From: an uncultured cyanobacterium
GTDB lineage: Bacteria; Cyanobacteriota; Cyanobacteriia; CAKZMO01
Direction of reading: 5' to 3'
Length of the DNA: 64,000 nt
NCBI GenBank assembly: GCA_963719515.1
Contig: CAVRCJ010000010.1
Coordinates: 544,001 to 608,000, forward strand
Part shown: piece after piece, positions 51,920-60,067 of the stretch
Numbering within the stretch: position 1 is the first letter of the stretch
Layout of the letters: each line of letters opens with the position of its first letter
Position numbers and translations under genes: made by a program
The notes under the pieces: generated by a model
What the model was told of the DNA's origin: nothing
What the model saw: the letters and a program-made list of their open reading frames with translations, nothing else
Databases searched by the model: none

Positions 51920-52672
51920 ATGACGCCAACGGCCCAAACCGCCCCCTCCCGCCCAGTCTTCTGGATTCGCCGCTACGTTCTGCCCATAGGGTTTGTGCCT
52001 ATCCTCGTTGCCGTGCTGGGCGCGGACTCTGTCCAGCTTGCTGAGATGGGTTACTCCGCCCAGTGGCTAGCTGGTCTCCTGGCGATCGCCTACTTTTTAG
52101 TGATGTTCTGGGGACTACGGCCGGAAGAGAGACGGATTGCGCTCGTCTTTGTCCCTTTCTCGGCGGTGGCGGAGTATCTGTTTAGCCAAGTGTTTGACCT
52201 ATATTTGTATCGGTTGGGCATGGTGCCGCTGTATGTGCCCTTTGGTCACGCGATATTGTTTGGCACCGGTTTAGTCCTGGCAGATTTAGAGGCCCTCAAG
52301 CAGCGAGACAGCCTGCGCTGGGGCTTATTGGCAGCTCACCTGCTGCTGTTTACGCTGGCGATCGCCCTTTGGCACGACGGGCTTAGCGCCATCTTGGCTT
52401 TGATCTTTGCCTGGATTGTGCAGCGTAAGGGGGCACGACTGCTCTACGGCATCATGGGAACGCTGGTGCTGATGGTAGAGCTGCTCGGCACCTCTTTGGG
52501 CTGCTGGGTTTGGCAACCCGAATCTTGGGGCTGGCTCCACACCACAAACCCTCCCGTGGGTGCGTTCGTCTTTTACGTCTTAGGCGATTTGGCCGGTTTC
52601 CGGCTAGGGCAATGGCTCGAATGCTGGCAGCTAAAGCTGCGGCGCAAGCGTGGCGCGCTCAAACCCTCGTAG
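51920..52672 (+). CDS. Hypothetical multi-pass membrane protein
   Basis: Hydrophobic; YLYRLGMVPLYVPFGH and ELLGTSLGCWVW...NPP motifs. Confidence 0.7.
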   Translation: MTPTAQTAPSRPVFWIRRYVLPIGFVPILVAVLGADSVQLAEMGYSAQWLAGLLAIAYFLVMFWGLRPEERRIALVFVPFSAVAEYLFSQVFDLYLYRLGMVPLYVPFGHAILFGTGLVLADLEALKQRDSLRWGLLAAHLLLFTLAIALWHDGLSAILALIFAWIVQRKGARLLYGIMGTLVLMVELLGTSLGCWVWQPESWGWLHTTNPPVGAFVFYVLGDLAGFRLGQWLECWQLKLRRKRGALKPS

Positions 52673-52723
52673 GGTTACAGCGATCGCCTTTCAGAGGGAA
52701 AATATTAAGGATCTTTCACTTTC

Positions 52724-52739
52724 TGTAAGCCTTGCTACA
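52724..52739. promoter_or_regulatory. NtcA-binding site
   Basis: TGTA-agccttgc-TACA, a perfect GTA-N8-TAC, about 95 bp upstream of the DUF4278-like gene. Confidence 0.65.
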
Positions 52740-52834
52740 AATTGGCCCTTATGTCACAAATTCTTGACATAGCAAGGATAGTCTTTTAGAAGAGCCGTGC
52801 AAACTAGGCCAATCTCTCTAAAGGATATCTACTT

Positions 52835-53008
52835 ATGAAACTTCAATTTTTGGGTGTAGAGTACGTCCGCTCAAATGCTGATGCCCTCGATATGTCTATC
52901 GCAGGCCGCTACCGAGGTAAAGCCTGGCGGTCTGAGCCTTCTACTGGCCTTCAGCGCTCTGAAGTCACCCTCCACTTCTTGGGGCGGGCCTACCAATCAG
53001 AAGTTTAG
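52835..53008 (+). CDS. DUF4278-like small protein (57 aa; absent from the ORF track)
   Basis: MKLQFLGVEY...GRYRGKAW...LHFLGRAYQSEV*: three L/G-x-Y/F-R/L-G repeats typical of DUF4278. Confidence 0.75.
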   Translation: MKLQFLGVEYVRSNADALDMSIAGRYRGKAWRSEPSTGLQRSEVTLHFLGRAYQSEV

Positions 53009-53458
53009 CTAGTTCGTGACAGCCCCCGCGCTGTATGCGCAGCATCAGCGTCGGGATGTAAGCGAGCGAGTCGAGGTGCGCCCTTGACTGGATGCCGAAG
53101 GCGGCAATTAAGGGCAGCGCCGAGGCGAGCAAAGGGTACAATTGAACCAAGCTCAAACTACTTCATGGCGGCGGCCTGCTATCGTGACACAAACGTACAG
53201 CCCTTGGCTGGTGAACAGTGCAGACGGTAGAAAACGTAGCTGGAAATTGAATACTCGTCACTGTCTGGGGTTGGTCATTGCCTGGACATTAAACAAATCG
53301 CCTGTCGATGGGATCTAATCGGGGTTGCACGGCTTGCTGCGTAACTAGACAGGACCAGATGAAGCAGGATACCTTCTTGCGCGGCATCCATTAAATTGTG
53401 GTGCGTGAGCCAAGAAGCCCGCGCTCTATCTAAAAGATGAGCGTCGGGAGTATGTCAC
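53009..53458 (+). mobile_element. Non-autonomous IS200/IS605-derived mini-element (450 bp, no transposase)
   Basis: Follows TTTAG; both ends carry a CCCGCGCT...AGCGTCGGG hairpin; terminus AGTATGTCAC. Confidence 0.8.
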
Positions 53459-53562
53459 GATACGGGTGGCGGTGAGGCGCGGGTTTGAAAACTGGCCGCG
53501 ATCGCAGCCTAGGGCGGCGGCATTCATGTCATGCTTTAAGACACTGATTTTGTCCTCCTTTT

Positions 53563-54984
53563 ATGCCTTCTGCCGCCCCGCCTTCCACCGCCGCCAACGC
53601 GCCACTTTCCCTATCCACCAAGCTCGCCTACGGTGCGGGAGATATGGGGGCTGGCCTAACGGCTAACCTGGTAGTCTTCTCATTCCTGATTTTTCTGACC
53701 AACGTCGCCGGTCTCAGCCCAGCGTTAGCGGGCACGGTGCTGCTGGTGGGCAAAATTTGGGACAGCGTCAGCGACCCGATGGTAGGACTGTTGAGCGATC
53801 GCACCCGGTCTCGCTGGGGCCGTCGCCACGTGTGGATGCTGTTTGGCTCCATCCCGTTCGGCGTCAGCTTTATGCTCATGTGGATTGTGCCGGGGTTTGA
53901 GCAAACTTGGCTCAAGTTTGTCTACTACTTAGTGGTGTCTATCCTATTTTTCACCAGCTACACCGCCGTCAACCTGCCCTACGCCGCCCTCACTCCCGAA
54001 CTCACCCAAGACTACGACGAGCGCACAACCCTCAGCAGCTTTCGCCTCGCCTTCTCTCTGGGTGGTGCGGTGATGGGTCTGGCTTTGGGGGTAGTCTTGG
54101 ATCAATTCATCACCAGCCCCCAGCGCCAGTTTCAGCTGCTGGGCATCATCGGTGCGGTTGCTGCTGTCTTGCCGCTCTACTGGTGCATCTGGGGCACAAA
54201 GCACCGCGTTCAGCCCCAGGCGTCTAGCGCGTCAGCTGAGCTAGAGGCTGAGCCTGCAGCTGCAGTGGAACCGTTTTGGCAACAGCTGCCCATCGTCTTT
54301 AGCAACCGCCCTTTTCTCTACGTCATCGGCATCTATTTAACGTCGTGGCTGGCGCTGCAAATCACCGCGTCGATTATTCCCTTCTACGCCGTCAGCTGGA
54401 TTGGCCTAGAGTCTTACTTCTTAGTAGCGTTGGCGGTTCAGGGAACGGCGATTCCCATGCTGTTTCTCTGCAGCCTCATTAGCCGCCGCATCGGCAAGCG
54501 GGGACTCTACTTTATTGGAATGAGCAGCTGGATTGTGATTCAAATTGGCCTGATGTTTTTGCAACCGGGTCAGGTGGGGCTGCTCTATGGGCTGGCCGTC
54601 GCCGCTAGCTTTGGGGTAGCGACGGCCTACGTGGTGCCCTGGTCCATGCTGCCCGACGTCATTGAGCTAGACGAGCTCAAAACAGGCCAGCGCCGAGAGG
54701 GCGTCTTCTACTCGTTCATGACGCTGCTGCAAAAGGTGGGCCTCGCCGTCGGCATCTTTTTGGTGGGGCAGGCGCTGCAGCTAGCGGGGTTTATTCCGGC
54801 AACTCCAGGGGAACCCATTCCGGTACAGCCTGAATCGGCCTTGTTTGCCATCCGCGCCGCTATCGGACCGTTTCCAACCGTCTGCCTGATTCTGGGGCTA
54901 GTGCTGGTGTATTTTTACCCGCTGACGCGGGAAGTTCACGAAGAAATCATGCTCAAACTTCAAGAGCGTAAAAAGGCTAGCTGA
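53563..54984 (+). CDS. GPH-family (MelB-like) MFS sugar:cation symporter
   Basis: KLAYGAGD, WDSVSDPMVG.LSDRTRSRWGRR, GQRREG. Confidence 0.9.
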   Translation: MPSAAPPSTAANAPLSLSTKLAYGAGDMGAGLTANLVVFSFLIFLTNVAGLSPALAGTVLLVGKIWDSVSDPMVGLLSDRTRSRWGRRHVWMLFGSIPFGVSFMLMWIVPGFEQTWLKFVYYLVVSILFFTSYTAVNLPYAALTPELTQDYDERTTLSSFRLAFSLGGAVMGLALGVVLDQFITSPQRQFQLLGIIGAVAAVLPLYWCIWGTKHRVQPQASSASAELEAEPAAAVEPFWQQLPIVFSNRPFLYVIGIYLTSWLALQITASIIPFYAVSWIGLESYFLVALAVQGTAIPMLFLCSLISRRIGKRGLYFIGMSSWIVIQIGLMFLQPGQVGLLYGLAVAASFGVATAYVVPWSMLPDVIELDELKTGQRREGVFYSFMTLLQKVGLAVGIFLVGQALQLAGFIPATPGEPIPVQPESALFAIRAAIGPFPTVCLILGLVLVYFYPLTREVHEEIMLKLQERKKAS

Positions 54985-54996
54985 CAAGGTAGGCGC

Positions 54997-55716
54997 TTAC
55001 CGGGCGTAGCGCTGTCCCGGTTGACGTGGCCCCGCCTGACGCGGCGGATTCTGGCGTGATTGGACCTGGCGCGACGGGGGCTCCTCCCCATGCAGCTGCT
55101 GTCGCCCGTTGCGAATCACCCGCAGCATATCCGTCAGCTGATTCTCGACGTTTGCCAGCACCTGACCGGCATACTCATCGGCACCCCTTTGGATGTCGTC
55201 GCATTCGGCGATCGCCACTTGCTGCATTTGCTCAAGCTCTTCTTGAGCCTGCTGACGCCGCTGCTCAATCTCTCGCATCACGCCCTCTCTCATGGCGTCA
55301 CTCTCCTGCTGGATGCCTTGACGGACCTGAGCCGCCTCCATTTCGGCCTGACGCACGATGCCCGTTTGGTTAAGCATTTGAGCGGCCTGTTGCTCTGCCG
55401 CCGCCAGCATCTCCTGGATATACTGCTCGGCTTCAGCAATAATGGCCTCTTTTTGCTGAATCAATATTAAAGCCTGCTGAAACGCCGCGGGAAGCGATCG
55501 CTGCACCTCTTCTAGCTGGTCGAGCACCTCCTCCTCGTCAATGAGGGTATAGCGGCTCAGGGGAATGCGGACGCCTTCAAAAATGATGTCTTCTAGCTTC
55601 GAGATCTGCCGCTGAATATCAAGCGGATTAGAGTCTGGACTAACATCAATGGGGTTAGTGGACGATAGGGGTTCAGGGTGTGACACGGCTTGCGCATTGG
55701 GGGGACTAGAGAACAT
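54997..55716 (-). CDS. DivIVA-like coiled-coil protein (Cdv3-like)
   Basis: RIPLSRYTLIDEEEVLDQL, coiled coil, GADEYA; lies directly downstream of coaD. Confidence 0.75.
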   Translation of the reverse strand: MFSSPPNAQAVSHPEPLSSTNPIDVSPDSNPLDIQRQISKLEDIIFEGVRIPLSRYTLIDEEEVLDQLEEVQRSLPAAFQQALILIQQKEAIIAEAEQYIQEMLAAAEQQAAQMLNQTGIVRQAEMEAAQVRQGIQQESDAMREGVMREIEQRRQQAQEELEQMQQVAIAECDDIQRGADEYAGQVLANVENQLTDMLRVIRNGRQQLHGEEPPSRQVQSRQNPPRQAGPRQPGQRYAR

Positions 55717-55733
55717 ACGGTTCGGTAGACGAG

Positions 55734-56231
55734 TCAGAGCTTAGGCACTGTTGAGGTATAGCGCTGGCTTAGGGCTGATGCAACGGGGGCAGGCACCAGG
55801 TGATCGACAGGCCCTCCAAATTTTGCCACTTCCTTGACTACAGAACTGCTGAGGAAGCTATATTCGTTCGAAGTTGCCAGAAAAACGGTCTCAATGTGAC
55901 TGGACAGAGTTTTGTTGGTGTGGGCCATCTGCAGCTCCATCTCAAAGTCTGACACAGCGCGTAACCCTCTGAGGATCACCTGAGCCTGCCGCGCTTTGAC
56001 GTAGGCCACAGTCAAGCCGCTGAAGCTATCCACCTCTACATTGGCCAAATCGGCGGTAGAGAGCTCTATCTGCTCAAGCCGCTGCTGCACGGTAAACAGA
56101 GGCGTTTTGCTGGGATTTGTGAGGACGGCCACAACAACGTGCTCGTAAATGCGGCTAGCGCGCTCAACGATATCGAGATGCCCCAGCGTAATTGGGTCGA
56201 AGCTGCCTGGGTAGACGGCAATCACAGGCAA
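55734..56231 (-). CDS. coaD: Pantetheine-phosphate adenylyltransferase
   Basis: [28 protein letters not shown]. Confidence 0.97.
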   Translation of the reverse strand: MPVIAVYPGSFDPITLGHLDIVERASRIYEHVVVAVLTNPSKTPLFTVQQRLEQIELSTADLANVEVDSFSGLTVAYVKARQAQVILRGLRAVSDFEMELQMAHTNKTLSSHIETVFLATSNEYSFLSSSVVKEVAKFGGPVDHLVPAPVASALSQRYTSTVPKL

Positions 56232-56473
56232 GAATTAACGTTGACGATATACAGCAGTATAGGGGGCGCTGAGGCGATTATACTAGGCCACCCCTTGCAG
56301 ATTTTGCGGATTCTTTATGGGGACATCAAGAGCAGATCGCTGGGTGAGGCGGCTCAAAGGCAGTGTCCTGGTTTGCCTTCAACCTCTATGCTCTACATTT
56401 ATCTCTTCTGCAAACCTTGGCTTCGTGAGCCTTGTCGCCATCGGGGCGCAGCGCCTAAATCACCCCAGAAAGT

Positions 56474-56506
56474 AAAAGCCCCCTAAGCCATAATGGCCCA
56501 AGGGCT
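56474..56506 (-). terminator. Probable intrinsic terminator downstream of gltA
   Basis: Minus strand agcccttgggccattatggcttagggggctttt. Confidence 0.55.
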
Positions 56507-56651
56507 GGAGTTCCTGAAAATCGTCACTGAACATATAGTGGCAAGTTCTTCAATTAGCCGCAAGGGGGTTTCACCCCTCACTCTACGATATTCATCCAAA
56601 ACGAAACTTCATCAAGCAGTGATGTGCGTCCTGTCCCTCCGGTGGGCGTGG

Positions 56652-57866
56652 TCACAGGGGGCCTGAGCTCATGGCTTGAGCTGACGGTAGCTGAGCTTCG
56701 ACTAGCGCCTTGTGCTCTAGCGTTAACGCCCGGTCACCGATGGGAATGTAGGGGAGGCCATGCTCGCCGGTGTAAATCTGCGTGGGACGGAAAATCCGAT
56801 TTTCTGCAAGCTGGTCTTTCCAATGAGCCAGCCAGCCGGCTACGCGGGCGATCGCAAACACTGGGGTAAACAGATCAGACGGAATGCCGAGACGGCGGTA
56901 GACCAGTCCCGAGTAGAAGTCGACATTGGGGTAAATGCCTTTCCCTCCTAGCTTTTCTTCAATCACCCGCTCTAGCTCAACGGCAATCTCATAATACTTG
57001 TCGCGCCCGAACTGATCGAATAGCTTTTCAACCAGCTCCTGCAAGATGATGGCGCGCGGGTCTTTCACCTTATAGACGCGGTGGCCAAAACCCATAATCT
57101 TAGACCGCCGCTGCAGACAGTTCTCGACGTAGGGCTTGACGTTCTCCACCTCTCCAATCTCTTCAAGCATCGTCAACACCTCCTCATTTGCCCCGCCGTG
57201 GAGCGGCCCCGCTAGGGTCCCCACCGCAGAAGCCACCACCGCGTAGGGGTCAGTGAGGGTCGAGGCCGTCACCATCGCTGAGAATGTGGAGGCGTTGACG
57301 GTGTGCTCGGCGTGAAGGGTGAGACAGACGTCGAAAATGTGGGCCGCTAGGGGATCGGGCTCCTGCTCGTTGAGCATGTAGAGAAAGTTGGCTGAGTAGT
57401 CTAAATCGTCGCGGGGCTGCACGGGGTCATTGCCGCGGCGCATCAGCTGAAACGCCGCCACCATTGTAGGAATCTTGGCCAGTAACCGTACGACAGCCGC
57501 CCGAATGTAAGCCGGGTCATCCAGCGCTCGCCGAGAATAAAACAGCCCTAGCGCCGCGGCACAGGACTGCAGAGCATCCATGGGATGACCGGATTCGGGG
57601 AAGCACTTCATCATGTCGCGGATGCGATACTTGAGCCGCCGGTGGTAGCGAATTTCGTGCTCAAAGTCCGCTAGCTCTTGCTCAGTGGGCAAATGGCCCC
57701 AGATTAAAAGAAACGCGGTTTCGATGAAGCTGCTCTCTGTCGCCAAACTCTCGATGCTGATGCCGCGATATTCTAGGATTCCGCGTTGTCCATCCACAAA
57801 GCTGATGCCAGACTGTTTGGCGGGGATACCTTCTAAACCGGGGCGATATTCGTATGCAGCGGACAT
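56652..57866 (-). CDS. gltA: Citrate synthase
   Basis: LHAEH, GPLHGGANE, GFGHRVYK, YPNVDFYSG. Confidence 0.97.
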   Translation of the reverse strand: MSAAYEYRPGLEGIPAKQSGISFVDGQRGILEYRGISIESLATESSFIETAFLLIWGHLPTEQELADFEHEIRYHRRLKYRIRDMMKCFPESGHPMDALQSCAAALGLFYSRRALDDPAYIRAAVVRLLAKIPTMVAAFQLMRRGNDPVQPRDDLDYSANFLYMLNEQEPDPLAAHIFDVCLTLHAEHTVNASTFSAMVTASTLTDPYAVVASAVGTLAGPLHGGANEEVLTMLEEIGEVENVKPYVENCLQRRSKIMGFGHRVYKVKDPRAIILQELVEKLFDQFGRDKYYEIAVELERVIEEKLGGKGIYPNVDFYSGLVYRRLGIPSDLFTPVFAIARVAGWLAHWKDQLAENRIFRPTQIYTGEHGLPYIPIGDRALTLEHKALVEAQLPSAQAMSSGPL

Positions 57867-58024
57867 AGTGATGTGCTTAGAGCGCCAGTGTACAGTTATT
57901 TAGAATTAAGCTTGACACATTTCTAGTCTCTCGGAACTGTTAATGGTGGTTTTTTGATATTTTTTGGGGGTCCGTCGAACGGCAGCAGCGCTACTTTACT
58001 GTGGAATTCGCTATGGGGACCTGA

Positions 58025-58899
58025 CTAAAGCAGCAGACGCGGTGGCGTCAACCAAAACAAAAGACTTTGTCCCTCGGGAGACCCAACGTCGGGTAAGTCC
58101 AGCCGTGACATCCTCCCGACGCTGACAGCAAGCTGTACAGCGCGGGCTTCCTCAGTGACTCCCAGCTATTGCCGAGACATATCCTGAGATAGGTTTATAC
58201 TCCGCCTGATGCCCCACGGCAGAGTTTTGAATTTTCATCTCCGCGAGGGAGGATACGCACTATGTGTCGCAGATACATTTGCAAACTGAGGAACGGGTGA
58301 CTTGCAGCTTTCGCCTACGGGCCCGTCACACTCTTTGCGGGGTGTATCACCTTGCTATCTCTATCATACCAACTGCTAGCCTCAGCGCTGAGCGCACTAT
58401 CCGCTGTGCATCATTTTGCGGGCGCACTTCGGCTAGCGCGACTCTCATCCCGACGCTCACCCTGACGGGTAGAGCGCGGGGCTTCCTGTCTAGTAGCTAA
58501 AACGCTCGCCTTTTTTACCTCGAGGCAACCTTTGGCCTCTCCCCACAGCAGCCGTTCAGCCCATTGCCCCAGGTCCGGCTGGTGCCCCACAATGGCTAGG
58601 GCCTCTCCGGACCACTGGTCTAGCCACGATAGCCACTCCTGAAAGTCCCCATCCGGCGCGAGGTGATTCGAGACCGCCAGGCGATCGCCCACCCCCGCCT
58701 CCAGCAAAATCTCAGCGGTCTGCTGAGCCCTTACTAAAGGGCTGGTCAAGATCAGCGCGACGTGAATCCTCTCCGCTAGCTGCCCGGCCACCTGGCGGGT
58801 ACGCTGCCGGCCTTTTCCCGTTAGGGGGCGATCGCGATCGCTTTTATAGGTGCCATGCTCGGCGGCGATGCCGTGGCGGATGATATAGAGGGTGGTCAC
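58025..58899 (-). pseudogene. sixA: Phosphohistidine phosphatase SixA interrupted by a mini-IS
   Basis: RHG, SPLVRA, VGHQP; removing 58105-58496 gives KKASVLG-LDLPDVGSPEGQSLLFWLTPPRLLL* in frame. Confidence 0.88.
58105..58496 (-). mobile_element. Non-autonomous IS200/IS605-derived mini-element (392 bp) inside sixA
   Basis: Minus strand TTTAG|CTACTAG..., CCCGCGCT...AGCGTCGGG hairpins at both ends, terminus GGATGTCAC; boundaries fixed by the restored sixA frame. Confidence 0.9.
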
Positions 58900-59666
58900 G
58901 AATTAAACAGCTGAAAGCGGCGCAGCTGTCCCTCTATGGCCTCTGGCAGCGCCTTGCGCAGATCTTTTTGATTGCGGAAGGAGAGCCGATAGCGGTTGGG
59001 CAAATCGAAGGGGTAGGGTCCCAAATCCTCAGAGCGCTCCATATGCAGCAGCAGCACCTGCTCCGGGCGCTTGCTGTGTAGCGCGTAGCCCAACTCAACG
59101 CATACTTCGGGGCTGGGAATGAGGCGGGGCGGACTGCCGTCAATTTGATGGATGGGGGTACCGTCGGCCACGAACAGCAGGCACTGATTGATTTTGCGCA
59201 TTAGGGTGCTGGTGAGGCGGGCGGGACCGTCGGACAGGCGGTTGGATTCTTCAAGCTGTAAGGAAAGGCGCGATCGCTCATTGAGCTTATCGACCAAGCG
59301 GTTCAGCTCGTCTCGCAGTAGGTCGCCTGAGGCAGAGTAGTCCGTTTGGTAGGAGAAGAATATTGTGGGCTCTAGGCTGGCCATCAGCTCTTGCTTCGAA
59401 AAGTAGATTTCATGGCTGATTAGGTCCACGTTGGCCACCCGGTAGCCGCCGCTGCCCTCAATGTAAAACTCTACCGGCTCGCCGCTCAGATAGCGCTCGA
59501 ACCAGTCGGACTGACGCACGGCATCGGCCTCGTCTAGAAAGTCGGCCCGCAGCCCCGATTTCAGCAGACTGTTGCGGCTGAGGCGCAGATCGTGGGGGCG
59601 CTCTTCTAGCTCGCGGATGGGAACGTATTCGTCTAGATACCAGGCTTTGAGGGCAATTATTGCCAT
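58896..59666 (-). CDS. Conserved cyanobacterial protein with C-terminal TIR/NDT-like domain
   Basis: IFFSYQ...FVADGT...VCVELGYAL pattern; overlaps the sixA start. Confidence 0.7.
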   Translation of the reverse strand: MAIIALKAWYLDEYVPIRELEERPHDLRLSRNSLLKSGLRADFLDEADAVRQSDWFERYLSGEPVEFYIEGSGGYRVANVDLISHEIYFSKQELMASLEPTIFFSYQTDYSASGDLLRDELNRLVDKLNERSRLSLQLEESNRLSDGPARLTSTLMRKINQCLLFVADGTPIHQIDGSPPRLIPSPEVCVELGYALHSKRPEQVLLLHMERSEDLGPYPFDLPNRYRLSFRNQKDLRKALPEAIEGQLRRFQLFNS

Positions 59667-59732
59667 GGGAAGGGCGGTGTAGGGCTTGTGGATTGGCGAA
59701 TTATACCGCAGCGGCGGCTTATGGCTAATTAT

Positions 59733-59746
59733 AGTACAAATATACT
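59733..59746. promoter_or_regulatory. Putative cyanobacterial LexA box
   Basis: AGTACAAATATACT, one mismatch to RGTACNNNDGTWCB. Confidence 0.45.
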
Positions 59747-60067
59747 TGATAAGTGTCGGCTGAGGGATGGTGCTGACGCAGCTCTGTCTATGTCGCTACT
59801 AGGGCCGTTAATCTTTGCGATCGCCTCCAACTGGCCTAAACCGAAAGGCGATCGCTTTCAAGCAGAGTTAAGCTCGATTTTGGCAATCGAGAGCAATTAA
59901 GATATGTGTAATTGCTGGATACTGTGCTTAGCTAGATCCGAAATTACATTTACTATAGATTATTAAGCTTCACTTGCCCCAGATCCTAAAAATAGGTGAA
60001 GTTTTAGGGGTATGCCATAGCTTTAACCGGTAAGACCCACTAAGCTGAATTAATCATTAGCTGAATC

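Noticed and set aside
52740..52834. Glutamine riboswitch upstream of the DUF4278-like gene
   Set aside because: I could not see the glnA or downstream-peptide consensus by eye; needs Infernal
58105..58496. IStron (group I intron) spliced out of sixA
   Set aside because: The upstream flank ends in G, not U, and the element ends in C, not the omega-G; no P7 core recognised
58411..58496. Native SixA C-terminus as given in the ORF track
   Set aside because: It is read-through into the mini-IS left end
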